Shown here: positions 25,050-34,573 of the stretch, one piece after another
Layout: the number at the start of each line of letters is the position of its first letter
Position numbering within the stretch: the first letter of the stretch is position 1
From: Selaginella moellendorffii
Lineage: Eukaryota; Plantae; Lycopodiophyta
DNA: 64,000 nucleotides
Reading direction: 5' to 3'
NCBI RefSeq assembly: GCF_000143415.4
Contig: NW_003314275.1
Span: forward strand, 1,431,955 to 1,495,954
Notes under the pieces: model-generated
Told to the model about the DNA's origin: nothing
Seen by the model: the letters and a program-made list of their open reading frames with translations, nothing else
The model's database searches: none
Translations under genes and position numbers: made by a program

Positions 25050-25690
25050 TCAAAGCTCAAGGGAAGACTCTTCCAAGTTGCCAAAGTTTGGAGGGTGGCA
25101 CACGTTGAACGATTTGAGCCTTGTCACATTGCCTGGTGAAACGGTTAAGAGGTACAAGTGATCGTCCTGGAGCAGCATGCAGTTATTGGAATCGTTTATG
25201 GCCAATCTCGTCGCCCGCCTGGACTGGCACAGGAAAGTCCACACAAGAGATCCACGCCCCAGCCCAGGTGAACCAGCAAGCTGATCTTTAGGGTCACGAC
25301 TACAACAAACCATGATCCAGAGGGCGCCGACTGAATAGCAGCAAAGACCATTTCGTGAATCGTGATCACCCTTCACCACTGGACAGCCCAGTTCTCGCCT
25401 GATCTGTAGCAGTGGATTCAGCACCACAAAGTACATAGAAAACGAGTTGTAGCTCAGAACCAAGCCTGCCGAGCAAATGCTCATACTGGCTTCCTTTGGA
25501 AGGGGGAGAGTGAACTCCTTCCAGGAGATGGCGTTGGGTGAGATGAGAAACTTGCCGATGTACCACTGCTGCGGCGGGCGCTGCTGCTGGATCGCTACAT
25601 GCCAATCCCTGGAAATGGAGCGGAAGCGGCAGAGCGTGTCTTGTCTATCAAACCATCCCACAACAAATCTTGTTATGAACCTTATACTTA
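25050..25690 (-). pseudogene. F-box protein-like remnant (5' end unclear)
   Basis: LCRFRSISRDW resembles the end of an F-box; SAGLVL..FVVLNPLLQIRREL resembles an F-box-associated segment; no convincing start. Confidence 0.45.
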
Positions 25691-25921
25691 TACGCAAAAG
25701 GTGGTTAAGAAGTTTATAAAGCAGCCTTTCAGCTGAAGTGCCAGCTGGCAAAGTGCAAGGTGCAAGCAACCAATGGGATAATATTGACGTATGGTTAATT
25801 CCCAGATCGAGGAGCTTGCAACTTCAAGACAGCACGCAATAAAATTTCCAACTTCTAGTATGTTTCACAGCAGAACTAGCTCTCTCATGTTTTTCTTCTT
25901 GACAACCTTGAAAACTCTGCC

Positions 25922-26503
25922 TCAATCCAATCCGGAAGCCGAGTTTTGTCCACTCACCCATTTCTTGTTCTTGGCATTGGGCTTGCGAGGATTCTTCCCA
26001 GAGAAATGCTCTTGTGCTTCCGACACCTTTGGCTGGCCATTCCACAGGAACTGCGTAACATCCTCCACCTTGGACAGCTTGAGCAACAGGGGTGTCAATC
26101 TCTCAAGCTCCTTGTCATCTGCTTCTCCTCTGAATGGCTTGATCTCGATGCCATTGTGCGGGCACAGCCTGAAGTGGAACCTCTCATTGTCCACCCACAC
26201 TAGCCTCTTCAACTCATGCCTGACCTTTATCTTGCGCACATCCTTGATGAAACCCGCCCTCGTCCTGGTGCAATCCTCAATGCCGTAAACGTCGGTTATA
26301 AGCTTTGCACTCGTCCCAAACCCTGCCACCGATTGATCCAGGTGCCTGGAATCCGAGACGCTGAAGATGACAACGCAGTAGGCCATTGCCATCCTGCTCA
26401 AGAACGCCTCCAGCCCAGGCCTGTTCACAATAGTGCTCGCGTTCTTCCATACCAGCGTCTCGTTTAGGTCCAGCACCAAAACGGGTTTGCGCGCTTCCGC
26501 CAT
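25922..26503 (-). CDS. NIF/CTDSP-like HAD domain with DLNET motif, copy 2 (possibly exon 2 of a two-domain gene)
   Basis: Near-identical to 665-1210. Confidence 0.85.
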   Translation of the reverse strand: MAEARKPVLVLDLNETLVWKNASTIVNRPGLEAFLSRMAMAYCVVIFSVSDSRHLDQSVAGFGTSAKLITDVYGIEDCTRTRAGFIKDVRKIKVRHELKRLVWVDNERFHFRLCPHNGIEIKPFRGEADDKELERLTPLLLKLSKVEDVTQFLWNGQPKVSEAQEHFSGKNPRKPNAKNKKWVSGQNSASGLD

Positions 26504-26522
26504 GCCCTGAAAGCCCTGTTTT

Positions 26523-27113
26523 TTAGGGCGTCGTTAAAAAAAAAAGCCCTCTTCCAAGAGAAATGGCATGAAGATTGTCCGCTACCGCTTTTTTTTTGCC
26601 CTTGGCCTTGACAAGATTCTTGGCAGACTGCACCTGTGCTTCCGCCACCTTTGGCTGGCCATTCCACAGGAACTGCGTCACGTCCTCCACCTTGGACAGC
26701 TCGAGCAAAAGAGGTGTCAATTTCTCAAGCTCCCTATCATCTGCTTCTCCTTTGAATGGCCTGATCTCGATGCCATTGTGCGGGCACAGCCTGAAGTTGA
26801 GGCGAATATCATCCACCCAGACTAGCCTCTTCATGTTGCACCTAGCAAGCTTGGACACATCCTTGACAAATCCCTGTCGGCACCTGGTGCAATCCTTGAT
26901 GCTGTATACCTCGCTGATGAGATGCGCAAATGCCCCAAACCCAGCCACACACTCGTTAACATGCTTTGAGTCTGACGCGCTGAAGATTATGAGCTTGTAT
27001 ACCTGCGCCATCTTGCTGAGGAACGCTTCTAGGCCAGGCCTCTTGACGATCGTTGAGTTCTTCCTGCAAATCAGCGTGTCGTCTAGATCCAGCACCAGCA
27101 CCCCCCTCTCCAT
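26523..27113 (-). CDS. NIF/CTDSP-like HAD phosphatase with DLDDT motif, copy 2 (possibly exon 1 of a two-domain gene)
   Basis: Near-identical to 1264-1788; candidate phase-0 GT-AG intron 26516-26585. Confidence 0.87.
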   Translation of the reverse strand: MERGVLVLDLDDTLICRKNSTIVKRPGLEAFLSKMAQVYKLIIFSASDSKHVNECVAGFGAFAHLISEVYSIKDCTRCRQGFVKDVSKLARCNMKRLVWVDDIRLNFRLCPHNGIEIRPFKGEADDRELEKLTPLLLELSKVEDVTQFLWNGQPKVAEAQVQSAKNLVKAKGKKKAVADNLHAISLGRGLFFLTTP

Positions 27114-27986
27114 TCCTTCCCGCAGCCCTAATCAGGAATCCTTCGGATCGCCACCGTCCGTGGCTTTACGCTTTAACTAAAACAATCCTATTGTCTTGCT
27201 GACGTGTTTTATATGTGCCACATCCTCAACCCGCCCATCTTGCGCTCTCTTTCTTGCGCCCAGGGCTTGTGCCACACGCGCCTAGGGCTTGTTCCAGGTC
27301 TCCAAGCTTTCCAGCCGATCGTCCTTCATTGCGATCAAAGCTCCGCAATGGCGCGGCGATGCAGCTCCTAGAGGACAAGATTTACCATCTCCATCTGTTT
27401 GGCGATTGTCCGTGTCAAGTTCTTCCTTCTCGCACCTAAGAAAAACTTTGGTACGTACTGTTGAATGCCGAACGATCGCAATGCAGGACGACAGGCAATA
27501 CAAAACAAAGTAGTTGTTGCAAGATCAATAAATACCAACTCAATCATGGTTTCTGTTTCAGTCACAAAATTACTTGCTTAACACAGGCTTAATTTTATAT
27601 AATTCAAAAGTTTAAAACACAATTAAAACTAGGTGATATTTAGAATATAACTAAATAATTTAACTAACATATGATGAAATCTTGTGTATCACAATAACCA
27701 CATTAACTAATTTGCTAAGTTAAATGCTCATTTAGATTATATCCTCAACTCTCAAAGAAAAATTTTGAGTTTCTGATGTTTAAATTTCCTAAGCGGCCAG
27801 AGTTTCAATAAGAGGAGCGATTGTGAAAAGTTCGTAAACTGGTATTGCATACGAACTGAGATTGCAATCCTCATGTAGATTCCGCGGCTCGCCGCGCACT
27901 GGATCGATCGAGACCTCAAATCAATTCATGATAGTTTTTCATGTTACAAAATAACGCTCAGTTAAGTTTTCTAGGTTTCCAGATCA

Positions 27987-29319
27987 ATGCAGCCAGTAAA
28001 GATTGTTTCCGCGCAGCTCGTTCGGCCATCACACCCATCACGCGTCACCACCAAAAGGTTTGAGCTCACAGGTTTCGACCGAATCATGCAATACGTCCCC
28101 TACCAGAAGCGAATACTCTTCTACAAATCTTTCGAGGAGGAGCAAGAAGATCTCGCTGTGGCGCTCCAGCAAAGCCTGGCCGAGGTATTGCTACCATTCT
28201 ACCCATTAGCGGGACGATTGAGAAGCGGGAATGGAGTTTCAGAGCCGGCATTGGAGCTGGATTGCACAGATTTGGGCGTGAGATTCACCCAAGCCGTGAC
28301 GAGCTCGCGTCTCAGCGAGCTGGGGGATTTCCAGCCTTGCGAATTTTGTGAATCCCTCTGTGCCGTGGAGTGTTCCCCAGAGTTTCCATGGACACCAGAT
28401 ACTCCACTTCTTTTTCTCCAGGCAAGGTTTTCTTTGGAGTTCTTTAGATTCTTTGCTGATATATATTTCTTCTTTCCACTCTACCTAGGTGACTAAGTTC
28501 GGATGTGGAGGCCTTAGCATTGGTATTTCTGGCAGCCACCAGATCATGGACGGTGTAAGTTTCTGGCATTTCTTAAACTCCTGGGCCGAGTTCTCAAGAA
28601 CAGGGAAGATCGCGCACGCGCCCCAGGTGACTTTCGGCTACGAGGAGCGAGATCCAACTCAAGCCATCAAAGAAGTCCCGAGAAAGCCAAGCAAAAGCAG
28701 CGAGAGATCCCAGGAGCTGGGACTCAAGCACTACAAGATGGACAAGGATATGATCGAGAAGCTCAAGCGTGAAGCACCAGGCACTACAACTTTCGAGGTT
28801 GTGTGCGCTCACTTCTGGAAGAAAGTGGTGGTGGCCAAGGGGCTGGAAGGATCGAGCAGCTGCGACTTCATGGTTCTTGTGGATTGCCGCGGCCGGATCA
28901 AGTCACTCCCCTCCAAGTTCTACTTTGGAAACGCGATCTGGTCCTCGGTTGCGACTGCCACCGTCGACGATCTCGCAAGAAATCCCGTGTCGCATGCCGC
29001 GGCTCTTCTACACGATGCGATCACTAGATTCGACGCACACAAGGCAGAAGAGAAGTTCTATCAGCGTCGACGTCCACAAGCTCAGCAAGGATCGCAAGTG
29101 CTTGGATCCAAGCCTTGCTTCACTCTGGTGGCGGTGGAGTCGCCCAAGCAACCGGTTTTCGAGTGTGACTTTGGGTTTGGAAGGCCGGTGGGGATGAGCT
29201 TTGGAGCGAATGATCTTCATGACGGCAAGATCTATCTCTTTCCTCTGGCGCCCGGGTCGGGCAGTGGTGTTTCAGTCACTGTTGTTCTTGACAAGGAGTC
29301 TCTTGGAAGAATGCTCTGA
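27987..29319 (+). CDS. BAHD acyltransferase (2 exons, GC-AG intron 28422-28488)
   Basis: FYPLAGRL, LFLQ|VTKFGCGG, HQIMDG (HxxxD) and DFGFG. Confidence 0.94.
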
Positions 29320-29345
29320 TTCATACGAGTTCTCTGCGATCTTTC

Positions 29346-30677
29346 ATGAACCCGGCAGCTACTGAGTTGAGCCTCCAGACGCATATCAATCAGCTCAAGA
29401 AATCCAGCGAAAGTTTGCAACCTGCGAGGTACGCTTCTCTTCTTCAAAAGTGTGCCGAGCAAAAGTCCGCTGCTGCTGGCAAACTCGTCCACCAGCACAT
29501 CCTTTCCTCTGGGTGTGGAGTGAATAGATATCTTCAAAACCATCTCATATTCATGTATGCAAAGTGTGGCTGCCTGCAAGATGCCGTGGAGGTTTTTGAA
29601 TTGCTTCCATGTCCAAATGTTTTCTCGTGGACAGCGCTGATCACCGCTTATGCCAAGGAAGGGCATTTGCGGGAGGTGCTTGGGTTTTTCAGGAAGATGC
29701 AGCTAGATGGTACTAAGCCAGATGCTTTTGTTTTCAGCACAGTTCTTACAGCATGCTCTAGTGCTGGAGCTCTAAACGAAGGAAAAGCCATTCACGACTG
29801 TGTTGTTTTGGCTGGGATGGAAACACAAGTTGTGGGAAATGCAATCGTCAACTTATACGGGAAATGCGGGAGAGTGCATGAAGCTAAGGCTGTGTTTGAA
29901 AGGTTGCCAGAAAGAAACCTTGTGTCCTGGAATGCTCTCATTGCAGCAAATGCACAAAACGGGCATTGCAAGGATGCGATGCAAGTTTTCCAGTTGATGG
30001 ATCTGGATGGTTCTGTGAGACCAAACGATGCTACCTTTGTCAGTGTTGTGGATGCCTGCTCGAACCTTTTGGATCTTCCCCGAGGAAAGTCCACCCACGA
30101 ACGGATAATTCGTACGGGCTTTGATTCCTATCTCTTTGTCGGGAATTCGCTTGTGAACATGTACGGGAAGTGTGGGAGTGTTGACCATGCTAGGCTAGTA
30201 TTTGAAAAGATGAGGTTGCGGGATGTTTTATCGTGGACTTCGTTGATCGCTGCGTATGCCTTAAACGGGCATCGCAGTGCTGCACTGGAATGGAACCAGA
30301 AGATGGACTTGGAGGGTATTCCTCCCAACGACATCACATTTGTAAGCATTTTATTTGCTTGCGGCCACTCGGGACTCGTCTATCAGGGGCGAGATTTTTT
30401 CGTGTCGATGGTGGAAGACCATTCCATTTTGCCAACAATGGAACACTATGGTTGCATGATCGATCTTCTTGCTCGTGCTGGGTGGCTGGAAGAGGCCACG
30501 CAGCTTATTAATTTGAGCCCATTTGGTCACAAATCGTTTGAGTGGCTAACACTTTTAGGAGCTTGCAAGATGCATGGAAACCAAGGCTTGGCTTCCCAAG
30601 TTGCAAAACGAGTGTTTGTGAAAGATCCCATGTCTGCATCGCCATATATGTTGCTCCTTCGAACTAAAACTTGCTGA
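29346..30677 (+). CDS. PLS-E PPR protein, no DYW
   Basis: P-L-S triplets; EHYGCMIDLLARAG and WLTLLGACKMHG. Confidence 0.92.
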   Translation: MNPAATELSLQTHINQLKKSSESLQPARYASLLQKCAEQKSAAAGKLVHQHILSSGCGVNRYLQNHLIFMYAKCGCLQDAVEVFELLPCPNVFSWTALITAYAKEGHLREVLGFFRKMQLDGTKPDAFVFSTVLTACSSAGALNEGKAIHDCVVLAGMETQVVGNAIVNLYGKCGRVHEAKAVFERLPERNLVSWNALIAANAQNGHCKDAMQVFQLMDLDGSVRPNDATFVSVVDACSNLLDLPRGKSTHERIIRTGFDSYLFVGNSLVNMYGKCGSVDHARLVFEKMRLRDVLSWTSLIAAYALNGHRSAALEWNQKMDLEGIPPNDITFVSILFACGHSGLVYQGRDFFVSMVEDHSILPTMEHYGCMIDLLARAGWLEEATQLINLSPFGHKSFEWLTLLGACKMHGNQGLASQVAKRVFVKDPMSASPYMLLLRTKTC

Positions 30678-31118
30678 ATGGAAAAATAACTACCATTTTT
30701 ATTATTAAGATCTAAACAAAGAGTGATGTTTCTTAAAGCAAATATTTGTAACTAGCTATACCTCAGAAACAAATCCCCTCGATTCATATAAAATGGTGGG
30801 TCATAATAATTTGTACACTTAACCAAAACTATACCAAGTAAACCAATGAGGTATAAGCAAGCTTAAGCTTAAGCCTGCTAAATAAAATCAGAAAATCGAG
30901 TAGCAAGAACATAATAATTAACAAAATCTTTTGGTCACCAATTCCACTATAAAATTTCAACATAGGAAAAATTGGACCATATTATTCTTTCTGCTAGCAA
31001 ATGAGAGTAACAAGAGTATCAATACTATTAAATTATAAGAATTTCAACAAAAATCAGATCATATTCTTGATATATTTCCCTTAATGCTTCTAAAGCATTT
31101 TACTTTAGATTTGATTAT

Positions 31119-33350
31119 ATGAAGTTTATGAGAGTGAGGAGGCTGTGTACTTCATGTGACGTTGCAACCCACATTCGAAAGTGCGGAAGGCTGCGTGACT
31201 TTGAAGGAGGCAAGCACATCCACGACAATCTCATAGCTTCTTCAAGGCCAATTGATAGCTATCTCTCAAATCTTCTGATAGAAATGTATAGTAGATGTGG
31301 CAGTGTTACACAGGCATGGCTAGTCTTCAAACAAATCCATGACAAGAGCGTCTACTCCTGGACTGTTATCATCGCAGCATTTGCCCACAATGGGCATTTG
31401 CTTGAGGCATTTGTTCTCTTCTACAAAATGGACTTGGAGGGCGTTTTGCCGAACAAAGTCACCTTCGTCACAGTCCTGCGAGCATGCACCACCCTCGCAC
31501 AGTGCGAGAAAATCTTCGCCCGGGTGAAACATCTCGGCTTGGAGCTAGACACCACCCTTGGAACCGCCTTTGTGAGCACATTCGCAAAGCTCGGGGACTT
31601 GGCCGCGGCTAGAGACGTTTTCGAGAATCTCGGCAGCTCCAGGAATGTGGTGTCGTGGACCGTGATGATCTGGGCTTACGCGCAGCAGGGTTTCATTCGA
31701 GCGGCCTTCGATCTCTACAAGAGAATGGACTGCGAGCCAAACGCTGTAACTTTCATGGCCGTGATGGATTCCTGTTTGCGTCCAGAGGACTTACCGCGAG
31801 CGGAGCAAATCCACGCACACATGGTTGCCTCCGGTTTTGAATCCGATGTTGTCTTGCAAGTTTGTCTCGTCACCATGTATGGGAAGTGTGGGAGCGTCGA
31901 CAGCGCTTGGAGCATCTTCGAAAACTTGAAGGAGAGAAGCGTGGTTGCATGGAACTCCATGCTATCTGCGTTCGCCAGCAACGGGTGTTACGAGAGGAGC
32001 TTGAAACTCTACGAAAGAATGCTGCTAGAGGGGACAAAACCCGACAAGATCACTTACTTGGCTGTGCTTGATGCCTGCCAGAGCGTTTCCGAGGCCCGGA
32101 GGTACGCCGCTACCTTCGAGCTGGAGCTAGATATTGCTGCAAGAAATGCCGCGGTCAGTGCGTACGCGAGGTGTGGAAGCTTGAAAGAAGCCAAGGCTGC
32201 GTTTGATGCAATCCAATGGAAGAACAACGCTGTGACATGGAACGCCATGATCTCCGGCCTTGCACAGCACGGAGAGAGCAAGCAAGCTCTCGAGTGCTTT
32301 TGGAAAATGGAACTGGAAGGAGTGAGAGCAAACTCGGTCACTTACCTCGCAAGTCTAGAGGCATGCTCGAGCTTGAAAGATTTGACGAGAGGGAGACAAC
32401 TCCACGCCAGGATCCTCCTGGAAAACATACACGAGGCAAACCTCAGCAATGCCGTGATCAACATGTATGGCAAGTGTGGAAGTCTAGACGAAGCAATGGA
32501 CGAGTTTGTGAAAATGCCCGAGAGAGATGTGATCTCCTGGAACACAATGATAGCAACATACGCTCAACACGGCAGTGGAAGACAAGCACTAGAGTTTTTC
32601 AAGCAAATGGACCTGGAAGGATGGACTCCGGACAGAGCAACGTACCTAGGAGCGATCGACGCGTGCGGCAGCGTTCCATCTCTAGCTCTCGGAAAAACCA
32701 TCCACTCCATCGTCGCCACTGCTGCTCCATGCCTGGAACAAGATCCGGGAGTCGCCACAGCGCTCGTCACCATGTACGCTCGGTGTGGAAGCCTGCACGA
32801 CGCAAAGTCAGTGTTCTGGAGATCTCACTCGCGGAACCTCGTTACCTGGTCGAACTTGATCGCTGCGTGTGCTCAGCACGGCCGAGAGAACGAGGCCCTG
32901 GATCTCTTCCGCGAGATGCAGCTCCAGGGAACCAAGCCCGACGCTCTAACTTTCAGCACGCTCGTCGCGGCTTGCAGCCGGCGAGGAGTCGTGAAAGATG
33001 GCGTCTTCTACTTTGTGTCCATGGTGGAGGACTACAACATCCCGGCGAGCGAGGACCACTTTGGAGGGATGGTCGATTTGCTGGGACGAGCAGGCTGGCT
33101 GGAAGAGGCCGAGCAAGTGATGCGAAAAAATCCTTGCGCTTTGGCTCACGCTGTTTTGCTGGGAGCTTGTCACGTCCACGGCGATGTCGAGCGAGGGATT
33201 CGCGTCGCACAGAGCGCTCTCGAGTTGGATTGGAAGAACTCGGCATCGTATGTCACCATGTCTCACATGTACGCTGGCGCTGGATCACGGCAAGAGTTTC
33301 ACGAGTTAGAGACCAGCTTATCAGAAGAACTTGGACCACTCACCTCTTGA
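31119..33350 (+). CDS. PLS-E PPR protein, no DYW
   Basis: Multiple P-L-S triplets; DHFGGMVDLLGRAG, LLGACHVHG and YVTMSHMYA. Confidence 0.93.
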   Translation: MKFMRVRRLCTSCDVATHIRKCGRLRDFEGGKHIHDNLIASSRPIDSYLSNLLIEMYSRCGSVTQAWLVFKQIHDKSVYSWTVIIAAFAHNGHLLEAFVLFYKMDLEGVLPNKVTFVTVLRACTTLAQCEKIFARVKHLGLELDTTLGTAFVSTFAKLGDLAAARDVFENLGSSRNVVSWTVMIWAYAQQGFIRAAFDLYKRMDCEPNAVTFMAVMDSCLRPEDLPRAEQIHAHMVASGFESDVVLQVCLVTMYGKCGSVDSAWSIFENLKERSVVAWNSMLSAFASNGCYERSLKLYERMLLEGTKPDKITYLAVLDACQSVSEARRYAATFELELDIAARNAAVSAYARCGSLKEAKAAFDAIQWKNNAVTWNAMISGLAQHGESKQALECFWKMELEGVRANSVTYLASLEACSSLKDLTRGRQLHARILLENIHEANLSNAVINMYGKCGSLDEAMDEFVKMPERDVISWNTMIATYAQHGSGRQALEFFKQMDLEGWTPDRATYLGAIDACGSVPSLALGKTIHSIVATAAPCLEQDPGVATALVTMYARCGSLHDAKSVFWRSHSRNLVTWSNLIAACAQHGRENEALDLFREMQLQGTKPDALTFSTLVAACSRRGVVKDGVFYFVSMVEDYNIPASEDHFGGMVDLLGRAGWLEEAEQVMRKNPCALAHAVLLGACHVHGDVERGIRVAQSALELDWKNSASYVTMSHMYAGAGSRQEFHELETSLSEELGPLTS

Positions 33351-33521
33351 AGAATCTTGTGCGCTGATAGTCGAAGAGATCGCAAGAACTCGAGAAGAAA
33401 TGAGGATGAATGATCAATCAGCCATTCAAGGAAAAGAGATTTTCTACATCAGAGGAGAGCGACCTGATCGAGTCGAGCGGTGAATTTCTACTAGCTAGCG
33501 GCTACGTTTCCTTGCCTTCGC

Positions 33522-33713
33522 TTACGCGATGTCGGTGTCGTCGAAATCATCCTCGAAGCTGTTGAAGAAGTCGAGATCGCAGGGCTTGTTGTCGACGATG
33601 GCGTCGCCCAGCATCTCGATGCCGTCGCCGTCGATGTCCATGTCCATCGCGACGCTGCCGCCCACGCCCTGATCCTCGACATCGCCCGCCACATACACTG
33701 GGAATGGCTTCAT
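33522..33713 (-). CDS. SMAP1: Small acidic protein 1 / CSNAP (CSN9) homologue, 63 aa
   Basis: C-terminal DFFNSFEDDFDDTDIA F/D-rich motif and AMDMD. Confidence 0.88.
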   Translation of the reverse strand: MKPFPVYVAGDVEDQGVGGSVAMDMDIDGDGIEMLGDAIVDNKPCDLDFFNSFEDDFDDTDIA

Positions 33714-33843
33714 CGTCCCTCCTAACCCTAGAACAAGATGGGATATTCCCACCGATAAGACGAATATACCCTTAGGGCAACGACCACTGGGATATTCCTC
33801 GCATAACATTTTTTAGGGCAACAAAGTTTGACTTGACCATTGA

Positions 33844-34540
33844 CTAGGACTGTACAGGGCTATTGTCAATGGCTTTCTTTTGGCCCCTGGGAGTACGCTC
33901 GTGTTTCTCGAGCAAGAGTTCTGGCAAGCCTCGAATGGCGGTGATTTTCCTGGAGAGAAAACCAAGTGAGAAACACCACGATCGAGAAGATCTCTTACTT
34001 GGTCGCGTAGACTTCTCGCGCCTCGGCCTTCCACACCTTCAATCGCGCGGCGTTCTCTCTCCACCGCTTCACTCGCAAAACTTCGCGGCGAGCAGTGCGA
34101 GCCCGGTAGAACTCGATAAACTTCTTTCGATCGGCCTGGAAGTGCGCGCGCAACGATCAAATTCACGGAAGAGAAATCTAGTGAGCTTACATTGACATAT
34201 CTCGTCTTTTGCAATCCACGCCACTGCCTGTTGAGATTTCTACGCGGCCTTGGCGGCGGCCGGGGCTTGATCACCGGATCGTTGGCCTCGAGCTTGGTCA
34301 CTCCAGTGTAGAGTGTTGGAACTCTAAAAGGATCTGCCAGTGAAAGTCTCCATAAGAATGCCCAAGAGATCACCAGCAAGACATACCCACGTATTTGTTT
34401 CTTCGCTTGTCGCGGAACAAATGCCGCACCCACAGGCACGAGAATCGCAATGCCGGTGGATCAGCGCAGCCGGATCTCCCCGTGATCGCGGATGATCGCT
34501 GGAGTAGCGGCTTGAGGGCGCCCACGCACGCCCTGGCCAT
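33844..34540 (-). CDS. Hypothetical basic protein (about 4 exons), possibly organelle-targeted
   Basis: ATG 34540 after telo-boxes; canonical splice sites join MARACVGALKPLLQRSS..., ...RQWRGLQKTRYVN|ADRKKFIEFYRARTARREVLRVKRWRE and ...KKAIDNSPVQS*; family not recognised. Confidence 0.55.
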
Positions 34541-34573
34541 CGGTGCCCAAGAACCCTAAACCCTAAGAAACAA

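Noticed and set aside
32216-33367. 383-aa alternative-frame ORF within a PPR gene
   Set aside because: No motifs; a stop-poor shadow frame of GC-rich coding DNA.
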